Shown: one piece after another, positions 1 through 9,258 of the stretch | Layout of the letters: each line of letters opens with the position of its first letter | Position numbering within the stretch: the stretch's first letter is position 1 | Source: Betaproteobacteria bacterium | GTDB taxonomy: Bacteria > Pseudomonadota > Gammaproteobacteria > Burkholderiales > Rhodocyclaceae | Direction: 5' to 3' | Assembly (NCBI GenBank): GCA_947478755.1 | Contig: CANJXH010000001.1 | Span: forward strand, 1 to 59,178 | Length of the DNA: 59,178 nucleotides | Made by a program: the position numbers and the translations under genes | The notes under the pieces: generated by a model | Database searches by the model: none | What the model was told of the DNA's origin: nothing | The model's input: the letters and a program-made list of their open reading frames with translations, nothing else

Positions 1-479
1 CGGGACAAGCCATGATCGAATACATGGTGGTGCTGGCGTTCGGGGTGATCGTGCTGATCAAGCCTTTCTCCTACAGCGATATCACCAACCCCAATGCGCC
101 GGCGACCGAACTGCCGGCCCTGCAGCAGGTGGCGAAGGCGATTCGCGACTATCACGAGCACTACACCTATGCCATGTCGATTGCCTATATCCCCGATTGC
201 GACTATCAGACGTCTTTGGACAAGAGTGTCTCGATGGCCGATATTGCTTCGCTTACCGGCGGCATTACGGTGGGATTCGATCGCTGCATCGACTGGACCA
301 ATCCGCAGATCCCGGCGCTTTCAGTCAGCGGTTCAATGGCCTTTGACCTTGCTTCCAATGTGGGGGATGCAGTCAAGAAAATCATCACCGATACGATCAA
401 GGACTCGATTGACGGCTTCCTCGACCCCAGCAACCTGCTGGGCGATATGGTGGGCTTCAGCCCATCCGATTTTTTCTGA
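1..479 (+). CDS. TadE/Flp-like pseudopilin, 5'-truncated by window edge
   Basis: Frame is open from the window start and reads G-Q-A-M-I-E-Y followed by a hydrophobic helix, the prepilin peptidase motif GQxxxEY; lies directly upstream of cpaB. The ATG at 12 is inside the motif, so the true start is upstream. Confidence 0.7.
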   Translation, partial: GQAMIEYMVVLAFGVIVLIKPFSYSDITNPNAPATELPALQQVAKAIRDYHEHYTYAMSIAYIPDCDYQTSLDKSVSMADIASLTGGITVGFDRCIDWTNPQIPALSVSGSMAFDLASNVGDAVKKIITDTIKDSIDGFLDPSNLLGDMVGFSPSDFF

Positions 480-570
480 CAGACTCCTATAGAGACAGGT
501 TCGACATGGTTAGAATGCTCCTTACACAAACAATAATCGGTTGTAGCCTTCCCCAGGGGTGGAATTCATC

Positions 571-1608
571 ATGGCGCTAAAACTACCGTCTGTGCGCATC
601 AACAAAACATGGCTGATGCTGCTTGTCGCGATCGGCCTTGCATTGCTGGCGACAGTACTGACAACCCAATATCTCAAGAGCCGCGAGGCTGCAATTTCCG
701 AAGAGGTTGCTGCGCGCGCCAAGCAGGGTGGTCCCAAGGTCGCCGTCGCGGTACCGATCAAGGATCTGCCGATTGGTACTCCGCTTGATCAGAGTCTTGT
801 CGCCGCGCGCGACGTTGCCGCCGACCTGATCTATCCCGACGCCATCCTTGCCGACGATTTTGAAAAATACAAGGGACAGGCGCTGATCCGCCCGGTACTG
901 CATGGTCGCCCCTTGTTGCGCGCCGACCTGCGACCAATGTATGCCGACTTTGCCGGTACGCTGATACCGGGTACGCGGGCGATGACCATCGACGTCGACG
1001 AACTCAATTCGGTCGCGCACATGGTGCAACCGGGCAACCTGATCGACCTGATGCTGGTGATGAAGCGCGAAGACGGCGCCGATACCGTGGTGCCTTTCAT
1101 GGACAAGATGAAGGTGCTGGCGACCGGACAGAAGATCATTCAGGACGGCAGCGACGAACGCGGCCCGCAGGTCAAGAAGGGGCTCTCCTACAGCAACTTC
1201 ACGCTTGAAGTCACGCCAACCCAGGCAGCGCGTCTGACCCTGGCGCAGAATCTCGGCAAGATGCGCTTCACCCTGCGCAACGAAAAAGACACCCAGAGCG
1301 AAGACTTCAGCGTCAATTCGCAAAACGTGTTTGATGAAGTCACCGCCCGTGCCAATCAAAGCAAGAACAAGCAGGTCCGCGCCAGCGGCACCGTCGAATT
1401 CATCGTCGGCGGCCAGCGCAGCGGGCCGAATGCCAAGTCGGTGGATATTTCCGTTCCCTCGGCTGGCGCACCGCCCATGGTGCCCAGTCTGTCGGGCAAG
1501 CAGGCAGCGGCTGCGCCGTCGTCCGGCGCCGCATCGCCCTACGACTCGAACGGCATGTCGCCGGAAATGAAGTCCGAGCTGAAGGCCATGCTCGACAAAC
1601 CGCAGTGA
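571..1608 (+). CDS. cpaB: Flp pilus assembly protein CpaB/RcpC
   Basis: N-terminal TM helix, SAF-like segment (VAVPIKDLPIGTPL), RcpC motif (GTRAMTIDVD...VQPGNLIDL...TLEVTPTQA...LRN); ATG at 571 follows an AGGGGTGGA RBS. Confidence 0.9.
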   Translation: MALKLPSVRINKTWLMLLVAIGLALLATVLTTQYLKSREAAISEEVAARAKQGGPKVAVAVPIKDLPIGTPLDQSLVAARDVAADLIYPDAILADDFEKYKGQALIRPVLHGRPLLRADLRPMYADFAGTLIPGTRAMTIDVDELNSVAHMVQPGNLIDLMLVMKREDGADTVVPFMDKMKVLATGQKIIQDGSDERGPQVKKGLSYSNFTLEVTPTQAARLTLAQNLGKMRFTLRNEKDTQSEDFSVNSQNVFDEVTARANQSKNKQVRASGTVEFIVGGQRSGPNAKSVDISVPSAGAPPMVPSLSGKQAAAAPSSGAASPYDSNGMSPEMKSELKAMLDKPQ

Positions 1609-1625
1609 TTTCAGGGGATCAATTC

Positions 1626-2915
1626 ATGCTACGCCACATCGTCACTCTCTTTTGCGCAGCCTGCATCCTGTCCCTGCCGCTGCGGGCAGTCGCAGCCACC
1701 ACCCCTGCGGTGGACAAGGAAATCGTCATGTTCGTCGGCGAGATCAAGTCCATTCCTGCCAACAAGGCCTACCGCGTCGCGGTCGGCAACGGTTCCATGA
1801 TCAGCACCAAGTTCATCGAGCCCGACCAGATGTTGATAATTGCCGAAGGCGTTGGTGACAGTTCGCTGGTGCTGTGGTCGCCCAAGGGCGAAATCCAGCG
1901 CTACACCCTGCGCATCGGCCCCAAGGATTCCGGTTTCGCCTATCGCGCTGCGACCGAAGTGCTGTCCGACATCAGCAGCATCCAGATCGTGCCGATGGGT
2001 CCCAACATCGCCATCACCGGTGCGGCCAGCGCATCGCAGATCGCCCGCATTGGCGCCCTGGCATCGCGTTACCCGCAACTGATGCCGATGGTGAAAGAAC
2101 TGGATGTTGAAATGAAAAAGATGATCTACATGAAAGTGCAGATCATGGAAGCAAAAAAGAGCTTTTCCGAAACCCTGGGCGTCACCTGGCCGGGCGCGAT
2201 TGCCGGGCCGACGGTTGGCTTCTCCGGCAACTTCGGTTCCTCCGACCCGACCGCCGCCGCTGCAGCCGGGCTGACCCTGCCGCTCAACACCGGCGGTCTG
2301 CGCACCTATCTCGGCATCACCTCGTCGATCCAGACCACCATCAATCTGGCCAAGAGCAACGGCGACCTGACCATACTCGCCGAACCTGAACTTTCCTCCC
2401 GCAGCGGCGGCGTGGCCACCTTCCTTGCCGGTGGTCAGGTGCCGATCCAGACTGCAGGTGCGCTTGGCACCGCCAGCATCAGCTACAAGGACTACGGCAT
2501 CAAGCTCATCATCAAGCCGGCCGCCGACGACAAGGGCAACGTGATCGCCTCGATCAAGACCGAGTTGAGCCAGCTCGATCAATCCACCGCGATCAACAAC
2601 ACGCCGGGCTTTCTCACCCGGTCGTCCGAAACCGAAATCAACATTCGTTCCGGCCAGACCATGGTCATCTCCGGCCTGATCAACCGCGACATGCAGAACG
2701 ACGTGACCAAGGTGCCGGGACTCGGCGAGTTGCCGATCATCGGCCGCCTGTTCCGCTCCGATGCTTTCCGCACCAATCGCAGTGACCTGCTGATTGCGGT
2801 GACGCCGGTGGTGGTCGATCCGACCAGTACCATGAATCAGGAACGCATCGAAAAAGGCCTCGACCTGAAAGAAAAGTTCGAGCGCAACCTGAGCAAAAAA
2901 GACATCGTCGATTGA
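1626..2915 (+). CDS. cpaC: Tad secretin CpaC/RcpA
   Basis: Signal peptide; secretin C-domain motifs (LAEPELSSRSGGVATFLAGGQVPI, KDYGIKL, VPGLGELPIIGRLFRS). Confidence 0.92.
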   Translation: MLRHIVTLFCAACILSLPLRAVAATTPAVDKEIVMFVGEIKSIPANKAYRVAVGNGSMISTKFIEPDQMLIIAEGVGDSSLVLWSPKGEIQRYTLRIGPKDSGFAYRAATEVLSDISSIQIVPMGPNIAITGAASASQIARIGALASRYPQLMPMVKELDVEMKKMIYMKVQIMEAKKSFSETLGVTWPGAIAGPTVGFSGNFGSSDPTAAAAAGLTLPLNTGGLRTYLGITSSIQTTINLAKSNGDLTILAEPELSSRSGGVATFLAGGQVPIQTAGALGTASISYKDYGIKLIIKPAADDKGNVIASIKTELSQLDQSTAINNTPGFLTRSSETEINIRSGQTMVISGLINRDMQNDVTKVPGLGELPIIGRLFRSDAFRTNRSDLLIAVTPVVVDPTSTMNQERIEKGLDLKEKFERNLSKKDIVD

Positions 2916-2924
2916 GGGCGCACA

Positions 2925-4634
2925 ATGCTGCGAATTGCCGTCACTACCCCCAAGGGGCAAACCTCCGAAATCGAATGCACCATCGACACCTGCTCGATCG
3001 GAAAAAGCGATGAGAATCTGATCGTGCTGCAAGGCTGGACGGTGGCAAAGAAGCATGCCGTCGTGCAGCGCAAGCCCGACGGCGTGTATGTCGAAGACCT
3101 CGGTTCTTCGTCGGGCACCGAAATCAACGGCAGCAAGATCACGCGCCACGGCCCGCTCAAACCCGGCGACAAGATCGCCATTGCAGGCTACACCCTCGAA
3201 GTGCTTGAGCTGGAGGAAGCCGCCGCGCCTGCACCGGCTGCCGCCGCACCGACGCTCGCCGCGGTGCAGGCTGCGCCTGCCGCCGCTGTCGTTGCCACGG
3301 CCGCCCCACCCCGGCCGGTGCCGGTTGCTGTTGAAGTGCCGCAGAACGTCGCCGAACAGGAGGCAATGAACAAGCATCTCAAGCGCATCCATCAGCAGTT
3401 GATCAAGCAGATGGATTTGCGCCGCATGGATGTCAGCCGTCAGACCGAAGACGAACTGCGCGCCAACACCAAGGCCATGCTCGACGACATCGTCAAGCAG
3501 GACAAGGAACTGCCGGCGGACATCGATCGCGCCCAGGTCGTCAAGCGCGTACTCGACGAAGTGGTCGGTCTCGGTCCGCTCGAAGACCTGCTCGCCGACG
3601 AGCTGGTCACCGAAATCATGGTCAACCGTTTCGACGAGATTTTCATCGAGCGTGCCGGCAAGCTGACCAAGTCGCCCATCACCTTCACTTCCGACCAGGC
3701 CGTGATCGGCGCCATCGAGCGCATCGTCGCGCCGCTCGGCCGTCGCATTGACGAATCGTCGCCGATGGTCGATGCACGATTGAAAGACGGTTCACGGGTC
3801 AATGCCGTGATCCCGCCGCTGGCGCTCAAGGGCTCCAACATCACCATCCGCAAATTTTCCAAGAAGAAGCTCAAGGGCGAGGACATGATCCGCTTCGGCT
3901 CGATGACGGCCGAAATGCTGACCTTCATGGAAACCATCGTCGACCAGAAGGCCAACATCATCATCTCCGGCGGTACCGGTTCCGGCAAGACCACCTTGCT
4001 CAACCTGCTGTCGAGCTTCATCCCCGACGACGAACGCATCATCACCGTGGAAGATGCAGCCGAACTGCAGCTGACCCAGCCCAATCTGATCGGCCTCGAA
4101 TCGCGCCCCGCGAATGCTGAAGGCAAGGGCCTGGTTGCCATTCGCGACCTGGTCAAGAACACACTGCGCATGCGACCCGACCGCATCGTCGTCGGCGAAT
4201 GTCGCGGCGGCGAAGCACTGGACATGCTCACCGCCATGAACACGGGCCACGACGGTTCACTCACCACGGCCCACGCCAATACGCCGCGCGACTGCCTGGC
4301 GCGGATCGAAGTGATGGTGATGATGGCCGGCCTCGACCTGCCGGTGCGCGCCATCCGTGAGCAGATCGCCTCGGCGATTCGTTTCGTCATCCAGCAAAGC
4401 CGCTTCTCCTGCGGCAGCCGCAAGATCACCTATATTTCCGAGATCACCGGCATGGAAGGCGAGACGATCTCGATGCAGGACATCTTCGTCTTCAGGCAGG
4501 AAGGCTTCGGTGCCGACGGCAAGGTCAAGGGCAAGTTTGTCGCCACCGGCGCGATTCCCGACTTCTATCAGGACCTCAAGGCGCGCGGCCTCGACGTTGA
4601 TCTTTCCGTGTTCCAGGCGGGCCGAACACTGTGA
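2925..4634 (+). CDS. cpaF: Tad ATPase CpaF/TadA with N-terminal FHA-like domain
   Basis: Walker A GGTGSGKT, LRMRPDRIVVGECRG, AMNTGHDGSLTTAHAN; N-terminal ~95 aa has an FHA-like pattern followed by an Ala/Pro linker. Confidence 0.93.
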   Translation: MLRIAVTTPKGQTSEIECTIDTCSIGKSDENLIVLQGWTVAKKHAVVQRKPDGVYVEDLGSSSGTEINGSKITRHGPLKPGDKIAIAGYTLEVLELEEAAAPAPAAAAPTLAAVQAAPAAAVVATAAPPRPVPVAVEVPQNVAEQEAMNKHLKRIHQQLIKQMDLRRMDVSRQTEDELRANTKAMLDDIVKQDKELPADIDRAQVVKRVLDEVVGLGPLEDLLADELVTEIMVNRFDEIFIERAGKLTKSPITFTSDQAVIGAIERIVAPLGRRIDESSPMVDARLKDGSRVNAVIPPLALKGSNITIRKFSKKKLKGEDMIRFGSMTAEMLTFMETIVDQKANIIISGGTGSGKTTLLNLLSSFIPDDERIITVEDAAELQLTQPNLIGLESRPANAEGKGLVAIRDLVKNTLRMRPDRIVVGECRGGEALDMLTAMNTGHDGSLTTAHANTPRDCLARIEVMVMMAGLDLPVRAIREQIASAIRFVIQQSRFSCGSRKITYISEITGMEGETISMQDIFVFRQEGFGADGKVKGKFVATGAIPDFYQDLKARGLDVDLSVFQAGRTL

Positions 4635-5485
4635 ACGTCATCATCATCGAAATCGCGGTAGTCGTCCTGCTGCTGGTGGCGGTGGTGGTCTGGCTCGGCC
4701 TGCAATGGGGCGACAAGAAGCTGGCGCAGCAGAAAGAGAGCCTGGCGAAGGAAGCCTCGACCACGCTGGCCGACATGTTCATCTTTCTCGATCCGCAAAA
4801 GATGTTCCGCTACAACGTCGCCGCGATGGTGGTGTTGCCGATCCTGATTTTCATTTTCACGCGCAACCCGCTGTTCGCCGGGCTCGGCCTGGTCGCTGCC
4901 TTCGTGCTGCCAAAATACTATGTGCGGCGCATGCGCAAGCAGCGTTTGAAGATGCTCGAAAAACAGCTGCCTGATGCGCTGCTGATGATCACCGGGGCGA
5001 TGAGCGCAGGCGCCAGCCTCAACGTCGCCATCGAGTCGATGATCAAGGAACAGCGTCCGCCGGTGTCGCAGGAGTTTGACCTGATGGCGCGCGAGCTTCG
5101 CCTCGGCGTTGATTTCGATACCGCGCTCAAGAACATGGAAAAGCGCAATCCGCTCGCCGACTTTGCCCTTGTCATTGCCGCGATGCGAATTTCACGCGAG
5201 GTAGGGGGCAACCTGGCCGAAATTCTCAATTCGCTGGCCAGCACGCTGCGCGAAAAGCAGACCATGGAAGGCAAGATCACCAGCCTCACCGCGCAGGGCA
5301 AGATCCAGGGCATCGTGATGACCTCGCTGCCGCTGCTGGTGATGTTCGGTCTGACGCAGATCGAGCCCGTGGCGATGGCACCGTTGTTCAGTACCTGGCC
5401 CGGGTACATCACGCTGGCCGTGATCATGACCATGGAAGTGCTGGGTTATTTTTTCATCCAGAAGATCACTGCGATCGACGTCTGA
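4631..5485 (+). CDS. tadB: Tad inner-membrane platform protein TadB
   Basis: T2SSF-like motifs QLPDAL...AGAS, EVGGNLAEIL, LTAQGK; GTGA overlap with cpaF. Confidence 0.9.
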   Translation: MNVIIIEIAVVVLLLVAVVVWLGLQWGDKKLAQQKESLAKEASTTLADMFIFLDPQKMFRYNVAAMVVLPILIFIFTRNPLFAGLGLVAAFVLPKYYVRRMRKQRLKMLEKQLPDALLMITGAMSAGASLNVAIESMIKEQRPPVSQEFDLMARELRLGVDFDTALKNMEKRNPLADFALVIAAMRISREVGGNLAEILNSLASTLREKQTMEGKITSLTAQGKIQGIVMTSLPLLVMFGLTQIEPVAMAPLFSTWPGYITLAVIMTMEVLGYFFIQKITAIDV

Positions 5486-5495
5486 CGCTATCAAT

Positions 5496-6380
5496 ATGGC
5501 CAATACTCTTTTTGCCATCGTGATCGGTCTGCTGGTCGGTGCCAGCGTAATGCTGGCCTTCCGTTCGGTCAGCTCGCTGCGTTCTGAAGTGCCGAGCGAA
5601 GACCGTGAGTACATGGACCCGCTGCCACCCATGCTCAACATGGTGTGGCCGCTGATCACCTTCATCGAATACCACCTCACCGCGCGCTTCCCGCCCGACT
5701 GGCTCGAGTCCACCCACAAGCGCCTGCAGGAAACCGGCGTCGGCTATCTCATGTCAGCCGAGCAGTTCTACGCCGTGCGCGTCTTTGCCGCGATCGCGAC
5801 GGTGCTGATCAGCTGGGTGGTGCTGTCGGCCATCGACTCGGCCACTTTCTTCACCCTGCTGCTGTTCGCGGTCGGCGGTTTCTATTTCCCCATGCTGTGG
5901 CTGCGCGACGTGCGCGAACGGCGCAAGAAGGACGTCATGCGCGCCCTGCCGGTGTATCTCGACTTCATCACCATGGCCGTCGAAGCGGGGCTCAACCTCA
6001 ATGGCGCGCTCAATCAGGCGATGGACAAGGGCCCGGCCGGCCCGTTGCGCAACGAGCTGTACATGGTGGTGCGCGACCTGCGTGCCGGTGTTCCGCGTGC
6101 CGATGCCCTGCGCCGCATGGAAAAGCGGCTCGACATGGAAGAGATCACCAGCTTTGTCGGTACCGTGATCCAGGCCGAAAAAATGGGCGCACGGCTCGGC
6201 TCTGCATTGCGCGTGCAGGCATTGCAACGCCGTACCGAGCGCTTCCAGCGCGCCGAAAAACTGGCGATGGAAGCCCCGGTCAAGCTGATCCTGCCGCTGA
6301 TCGTCTTCATTTTCCCCGTCACCTTCATCGTGCTGGCCTTCCCCATCGTGATGAAGTTCATGATGGAAGGCATGTTTTGA
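5496..6380 (+). CDS. tadC: Tad inner-membrane platform protein TadC
   Basis: LPVYLDFITMAVEAGLNL, QAEKMG, RAEKLAMEAPVKLILPL..FIFP motifs. Confidence 0.9.
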   Translation: MANTLFAIVIGLLVGASVMLAFRSVSSLRSEVPSEDREYMDPLPPMLNMVWPLITFIEYHLTARFPPDWLESTHKRLQETGVGYLMSAEQFYAVRVFAAIATVLISWVVLSAIDSATFFTLLLFAVGGFYFPMLWLRDVRERRKKDVMRALPVYLDFITMAVEAGLNLNGALNQAMDKGPAGPLRNELYMVVRDLRAGVPRADALRRMEKRLDMEEITSFVGTVIQAEKMGARLGSALRVQALQRRTERFQRAEKLAMEAPVKLILPLIVFIFPVTFIVLAFPIVMKFMMEGMF

Positions 6381-6742
6381 GGCGTGGCGCGATCCATCGC
6401 GTCAGCGACGGTGCATGTCTTGTCCCACCGCTTGTGCCAACAGTGTGGAAAACTGCCAACGCATGGGAACGCCTGCGCGGTCTGCTTGGCCGTCCGCCAC
6501 TCATTGCGGGGCAGGCGCTGCTGATCGACCCCTGCCCCTCGGTGCACACCCTCGGCATGGCTTACCCGCTCGACCTGGTGTTTCTCGATCCGCACTATCG
6601 CGTGCTCAAGCTGGTGAGCCGCTTGTCGCCGCTGCGCTGGTCGGGTTGCCCCGGCGCGCGCGCCACGCTCGAGTTGTCGCCGGGCGCACTCGAGACATTG
6701 GCGCTCAGCAAAGGAGACACGCTGCAATGGCGCGAGGGCTGA
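6377..6742 (+). CDS. DUF192-family protein
   Basis: ERLRGLLGR...SVHTLGMAYPLDLVFLD...TLEL..G motif; TTG start overlaps the tadC stop (TTGA). This is the 3' part of the 5645..6742 track ORF. Confidence 0.8.
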   Translation: MRRGAIHRVSDGACLVPPLVPTVWKTANAWERLRGLLGRPPLIAGQALLIDPCPSVHTLGMAYPLDLVFLDPHYRVLKLVSRLSPLRWSGCPGARATLELSPGALETLALSKGDTLQWREG

Positions 6743-7233
6743 TCGCTGCCACGGCACTGCTGAGCGCCGTGTTGCTGCTCGGTGCCTGCTCGACGCCCAC
6801 CGTGATCGGCGGCGACGTGTTCGATCTGCATCGCAACGCCGTGCTGGCTTACGAGTCCGGCGAAGACGCCCGCGCCGAAGCGCTCTATCAGGGCCTTGCA
6901 CGCGCCGCGCCGAACGACGCCGAAACCTGGCTGCGCCTCGGCAACCTTTACGCCCGTTCCGACAAGCCCGACGATGCGGCCGATGCTTACCAGCATGCGC
7001 TGCTGCTCAACCGCAACGATCCGCGCGCCTGGTACAACCTCGGCCTGATCCGCCAGCGTCAGGCGCATGCCGCCTACATCCGCGCCAACCAGATCGCCGA
7101 CAAGGACGACCCGGTCTACGCCAACACCGCGGCGATGATCGAAAAACTGGCGCCGCCCAAGACCGCGGCCGAACTCATCGATGCCGAGGCCAGGCCCGAC
7201 GTCGCCTCAAAGTCAGATGCCGCAGCAAAATAA
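6727..7233 (+). CDS. TPR lipoprotein, TadD/pilotin-like
   Basis: Lipobox LLGAC, TPR repeats (AETWLRLGNLY, PRAWYNLGLI), position in the Tad operon. Confidence 0.78.
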   Translation: MARGLIAATALLSAVLLLGACSTPTVIGGDVFDLHRNAVLAYESGEDARAEALYQGLARAAPNDAETWLRLGNLYARSDKPDDAADAYQHALLLNRNDPRAWYNLGLIRQRQAHAAYIRANQIADKDDPVYANTAAMIEKLAPPKTAAELIDAEARPDVASKSDAAAK

Positions 7234-8002
7234 ATCCGCACTGCGGCGCGCACGGCGCTCGGGTGGCCAGGCCACCGTCGAGTACCTCTACGTCATCCCC
7301 ATCCTGCTCATCCTGCTGCTGGGCAGCCTGCAGTTCATCTTCATCTACGAAGCCAAGCTCGCGCTCAACTACGCCACCTTCGTCGCCACCCGCGCTGGCG
7401 CGCTGCAGAACGGCTCGATGGCGGCCATACAAAGCGGCCTCTATTCCGGCCTCGCCCCATTGTTCACGCACGGCACGGACCAGCAGGCGCTCAAGACCGC
7501 GCGCGCCTTCGCCAAGACCGAGTTGAGCAACAACAAGCTGGCGCTGATCACCATCGTCAATCCGACGCCGGATGCCTACTCCGGCTTTGCCGGCAGCAAT
7601 GCCAATGCGCCCGATGACATGCCCAACGACAACCTGATGTATCGCGACCCGGCCGACCTGCAGGGCGGCATGAACGTGCAGGACGCCAATCTGCTCAAGG
7701 TACGCGTCACCTACTGCGTGCGGCTGGTGGTGCCCATCGTCAACCGCATGATCTACAGCTTCGTCGTCAAGCCGCCGGCCACGGCAGCGAAGATCGACAG
7801 CAGCACCTATCAGGGCACCAGCATCGCCGCGGCCGAACTGCTCAAGGCCACGCCCGGCACCACCGGCAGCGGCCTGTGCATCGTCTCCAGCGAACCCAAC
7901 GATCCCAACTACACCTATCGCATCCCCGTGACTTCCGAAGCCGTGGTGCGCATGCAGTCGCCGTTTCAGGACCCCGGCGGCGGCAAATGGACGGCGCCAT
8001 GA
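7217..8002 (+). CDS. tadE: TadE-like pseudopilin
   Basis: Basic leader then GQATVEY prepilin motif, hydrophobic helix, ATRAGAL; Cys pair in the C-domain. Confidence 0.82.
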   Translation: MPQQNKSALRRARRSGGQATVEYLYVIPILLILLLGSLQFIFIYEAKLALNYATFVATRAGALQNGSMAAIQSGLYSGLAPLFTHGTDQQALKTARAFAKTELSNNKLALITIVNPTPDAYSGFAGSNANAPDDMPNDNLMYRDPADLQGGMNVQDANLLKVRVTYCVRLVVPIVNRMIYSFVVKPPATAAKIDSSTYQGTSIAAAELLKATPGTTGSGLCIVSSEPNDPNYTYRIPVTSEAVVRMQSPFQDPGGGKWTAP

Positions 8003-8616
8003 ACACCCCTGTTGACGCCACCAGTGAGGAAAATGCGGACGCAACCACGGTCACAAGCGCGGACGCACCGACCGACACCCCCGTCAGCACACCGGCCACC
8101 CAGTCAACGCCGGAGCGACCGCGCCTGTTTTCGCTCTCGCAGCGCATCGGCCGCCTGCGCTATTTCGCCTACACCCTGATTGGCATGGTCGGCTGCGCGC
8201 TTCTGCTGGTGCTGATCTATTTGCTTGCCCTGCTGCTGCCAGTCGAGCTGGGCCGGATGATCTCGACCATTGCCTTTGTCCTGGTCAAGAGCCTTGTCAT
8301 CCCGCTCATCGTGTTCACCCTGACCATGCGCCGCCTGCGCGACTTCAACCTCAGCGGCTGGTGGGCGTTGACCATATTGATGCCGCTGGTCACCCTGGCC
8401 TATCTTTTCATCCCCGGCACCAGGGGCGAAAATCGCTTCGGCCCGCCACCCGCCCCCAACCCGCCCAGCCTGCGCTTCATCTCCATCGCCATCCCCATCG
8501 CGCTGCTCAGCGTCTACTTCAGCCTCTATGGTGGCAAGGGCAGCCTCGACGGCAGCGCACCCGCGACACCCGGCATCAAGGCACTGCCTGCCGGGCCGGG
8601 ATTGAAGGCGTATTGA
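7999..8616 (+). CDS. DUF805 membrane protein
   Basis: RIGRLRYF...RRLRDFNLSGWW...PGTRGENRFGPPP signature; ATGA overlap with tadE. Confidence 0.85.
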   Translation: MNTPVDATSEENADATTVTSADAPTDTPVSTPATQSTPERPRLFSLSQRIGRLRYFAYTLIGMVGCALLLVLIYLLALLLPVELGRMISTIAFVLVKSLVIPLIVFTLTMRRLRDFNLSGWWALTILMPLVTLAYLFIPGTRGENRFGPPPAPNPPSLRFISIAIPIALLSVYFSLYGGKGSLDGSAPATPGIKALPAGPGLKAY

Positions 8617-8736
8617 AGTTGCGCATTGCGCACAGACCGAACGCTTCACCCACTCGACATAAACCGTGGCGGTGCGTATGCTGCGATGACGTTGGCGAAT
8701 TCAACAATGGGGTGGAACACTAATGCGTGAACTGCA

Positions 8737-8756
8737 AACCGTGGTCTGTCCCCAAT
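8737..8756. repeat. Short GTGGTCTGTCCCC-type element, possible REP-like/mobile-element end
   Basis: AACCGTGGTCTGTCCCCAAT at the edge of a lower-GC patch; resembles a dispersed intergenic motif I recall from proteobacterial genomes; single copy here. Confidence 0.3.
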
Positions 8757-8860
8757 AACTATATGCAGCGCACGTAGCTTTTGACGCCTACATCAAGTTA
8801 GGCACATCAAGTCTATGGCCCATTTTCTTCGTATCCAGCTCTTCTAACATTAAGAACGAA

Positions 8861-9127
8861 ATGAATACGTCCACCTTAGCCCTTCTCAATCAAGCCGGCC
8901 TAATCATCGGCTTTATAGGTTCTGTTTTACTTGCGTTCTCTGCTAAGGAAGGCATCCTTCGAAAGGATGGCTCCGTGGTTTTTACCGGCCTTGATTCGAT
9001 GGACTCCCCCATAACCAATGAAAAGCGTGTTCGCTCGTCTCATTGGCGCAATCGGCATTTCACTCGGATCGGTTGGTTAATGTTGGCTTTGTCATTCGTC
9101 CTCCAATTTGCCGCGACACTTGGCTGA
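8861..9127 (+). CDS. Small two-TM hypothetical protein, putative former integron cassette ORF
   Basis: 88-aa ORF with two hydrophobic helices; visibly more AT-rich than the flanks; preceded by GTTAGGC (8797-8803) and followed by an attC-like sequence. Confidence 0.6.
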   Translation: MNTSTLALLNQAGLIIGFIGSVLLAFSAKEGILRKDGSVVFTGLDSMDSPITNEKRVRSSHWRNRHFTRIGWLMLALSFVLQFAATLG

Positions 9128-9132
9128 GCAAC

Positions 9133-9218
9133 GCATAATGTCTATTCCTATGCTCAAGTACGCTCCCACTGGTCGTTGGGATATGTCTTCAGCGTGTTCC
9201 TTAGCTCCATAGTAAATG
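9133..9218 (+). mobile_element. Degenerate attC-like site (integron cassette remnant)
   Basis: GCATAAT...TGCTCAAGTACGCTCCCACTGGTCGTTGGGA...CCTTAGCTCCATAGTAAATG resembles attC architecture (RYYYAAC...TCAAG..CGCTCCC..GGTCG.TGGGA...CTTAGC...GTTRRRY), with mutated cores. Confidence 0.45.
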
Positions 9219-9258
9219 AGTACCTTCATTCATTAGCAACTTCACAGGGAGAATCAGC

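Noticed and set aside
5645-7233. ORF-track proteins of 365 aa and 272 aa
   Set aside because: Only their 3' parts (DUF192 from 6377, TPR lipoprotein from 6727) look real; the 5' parts overlap tadC/DUF192 out of frame.
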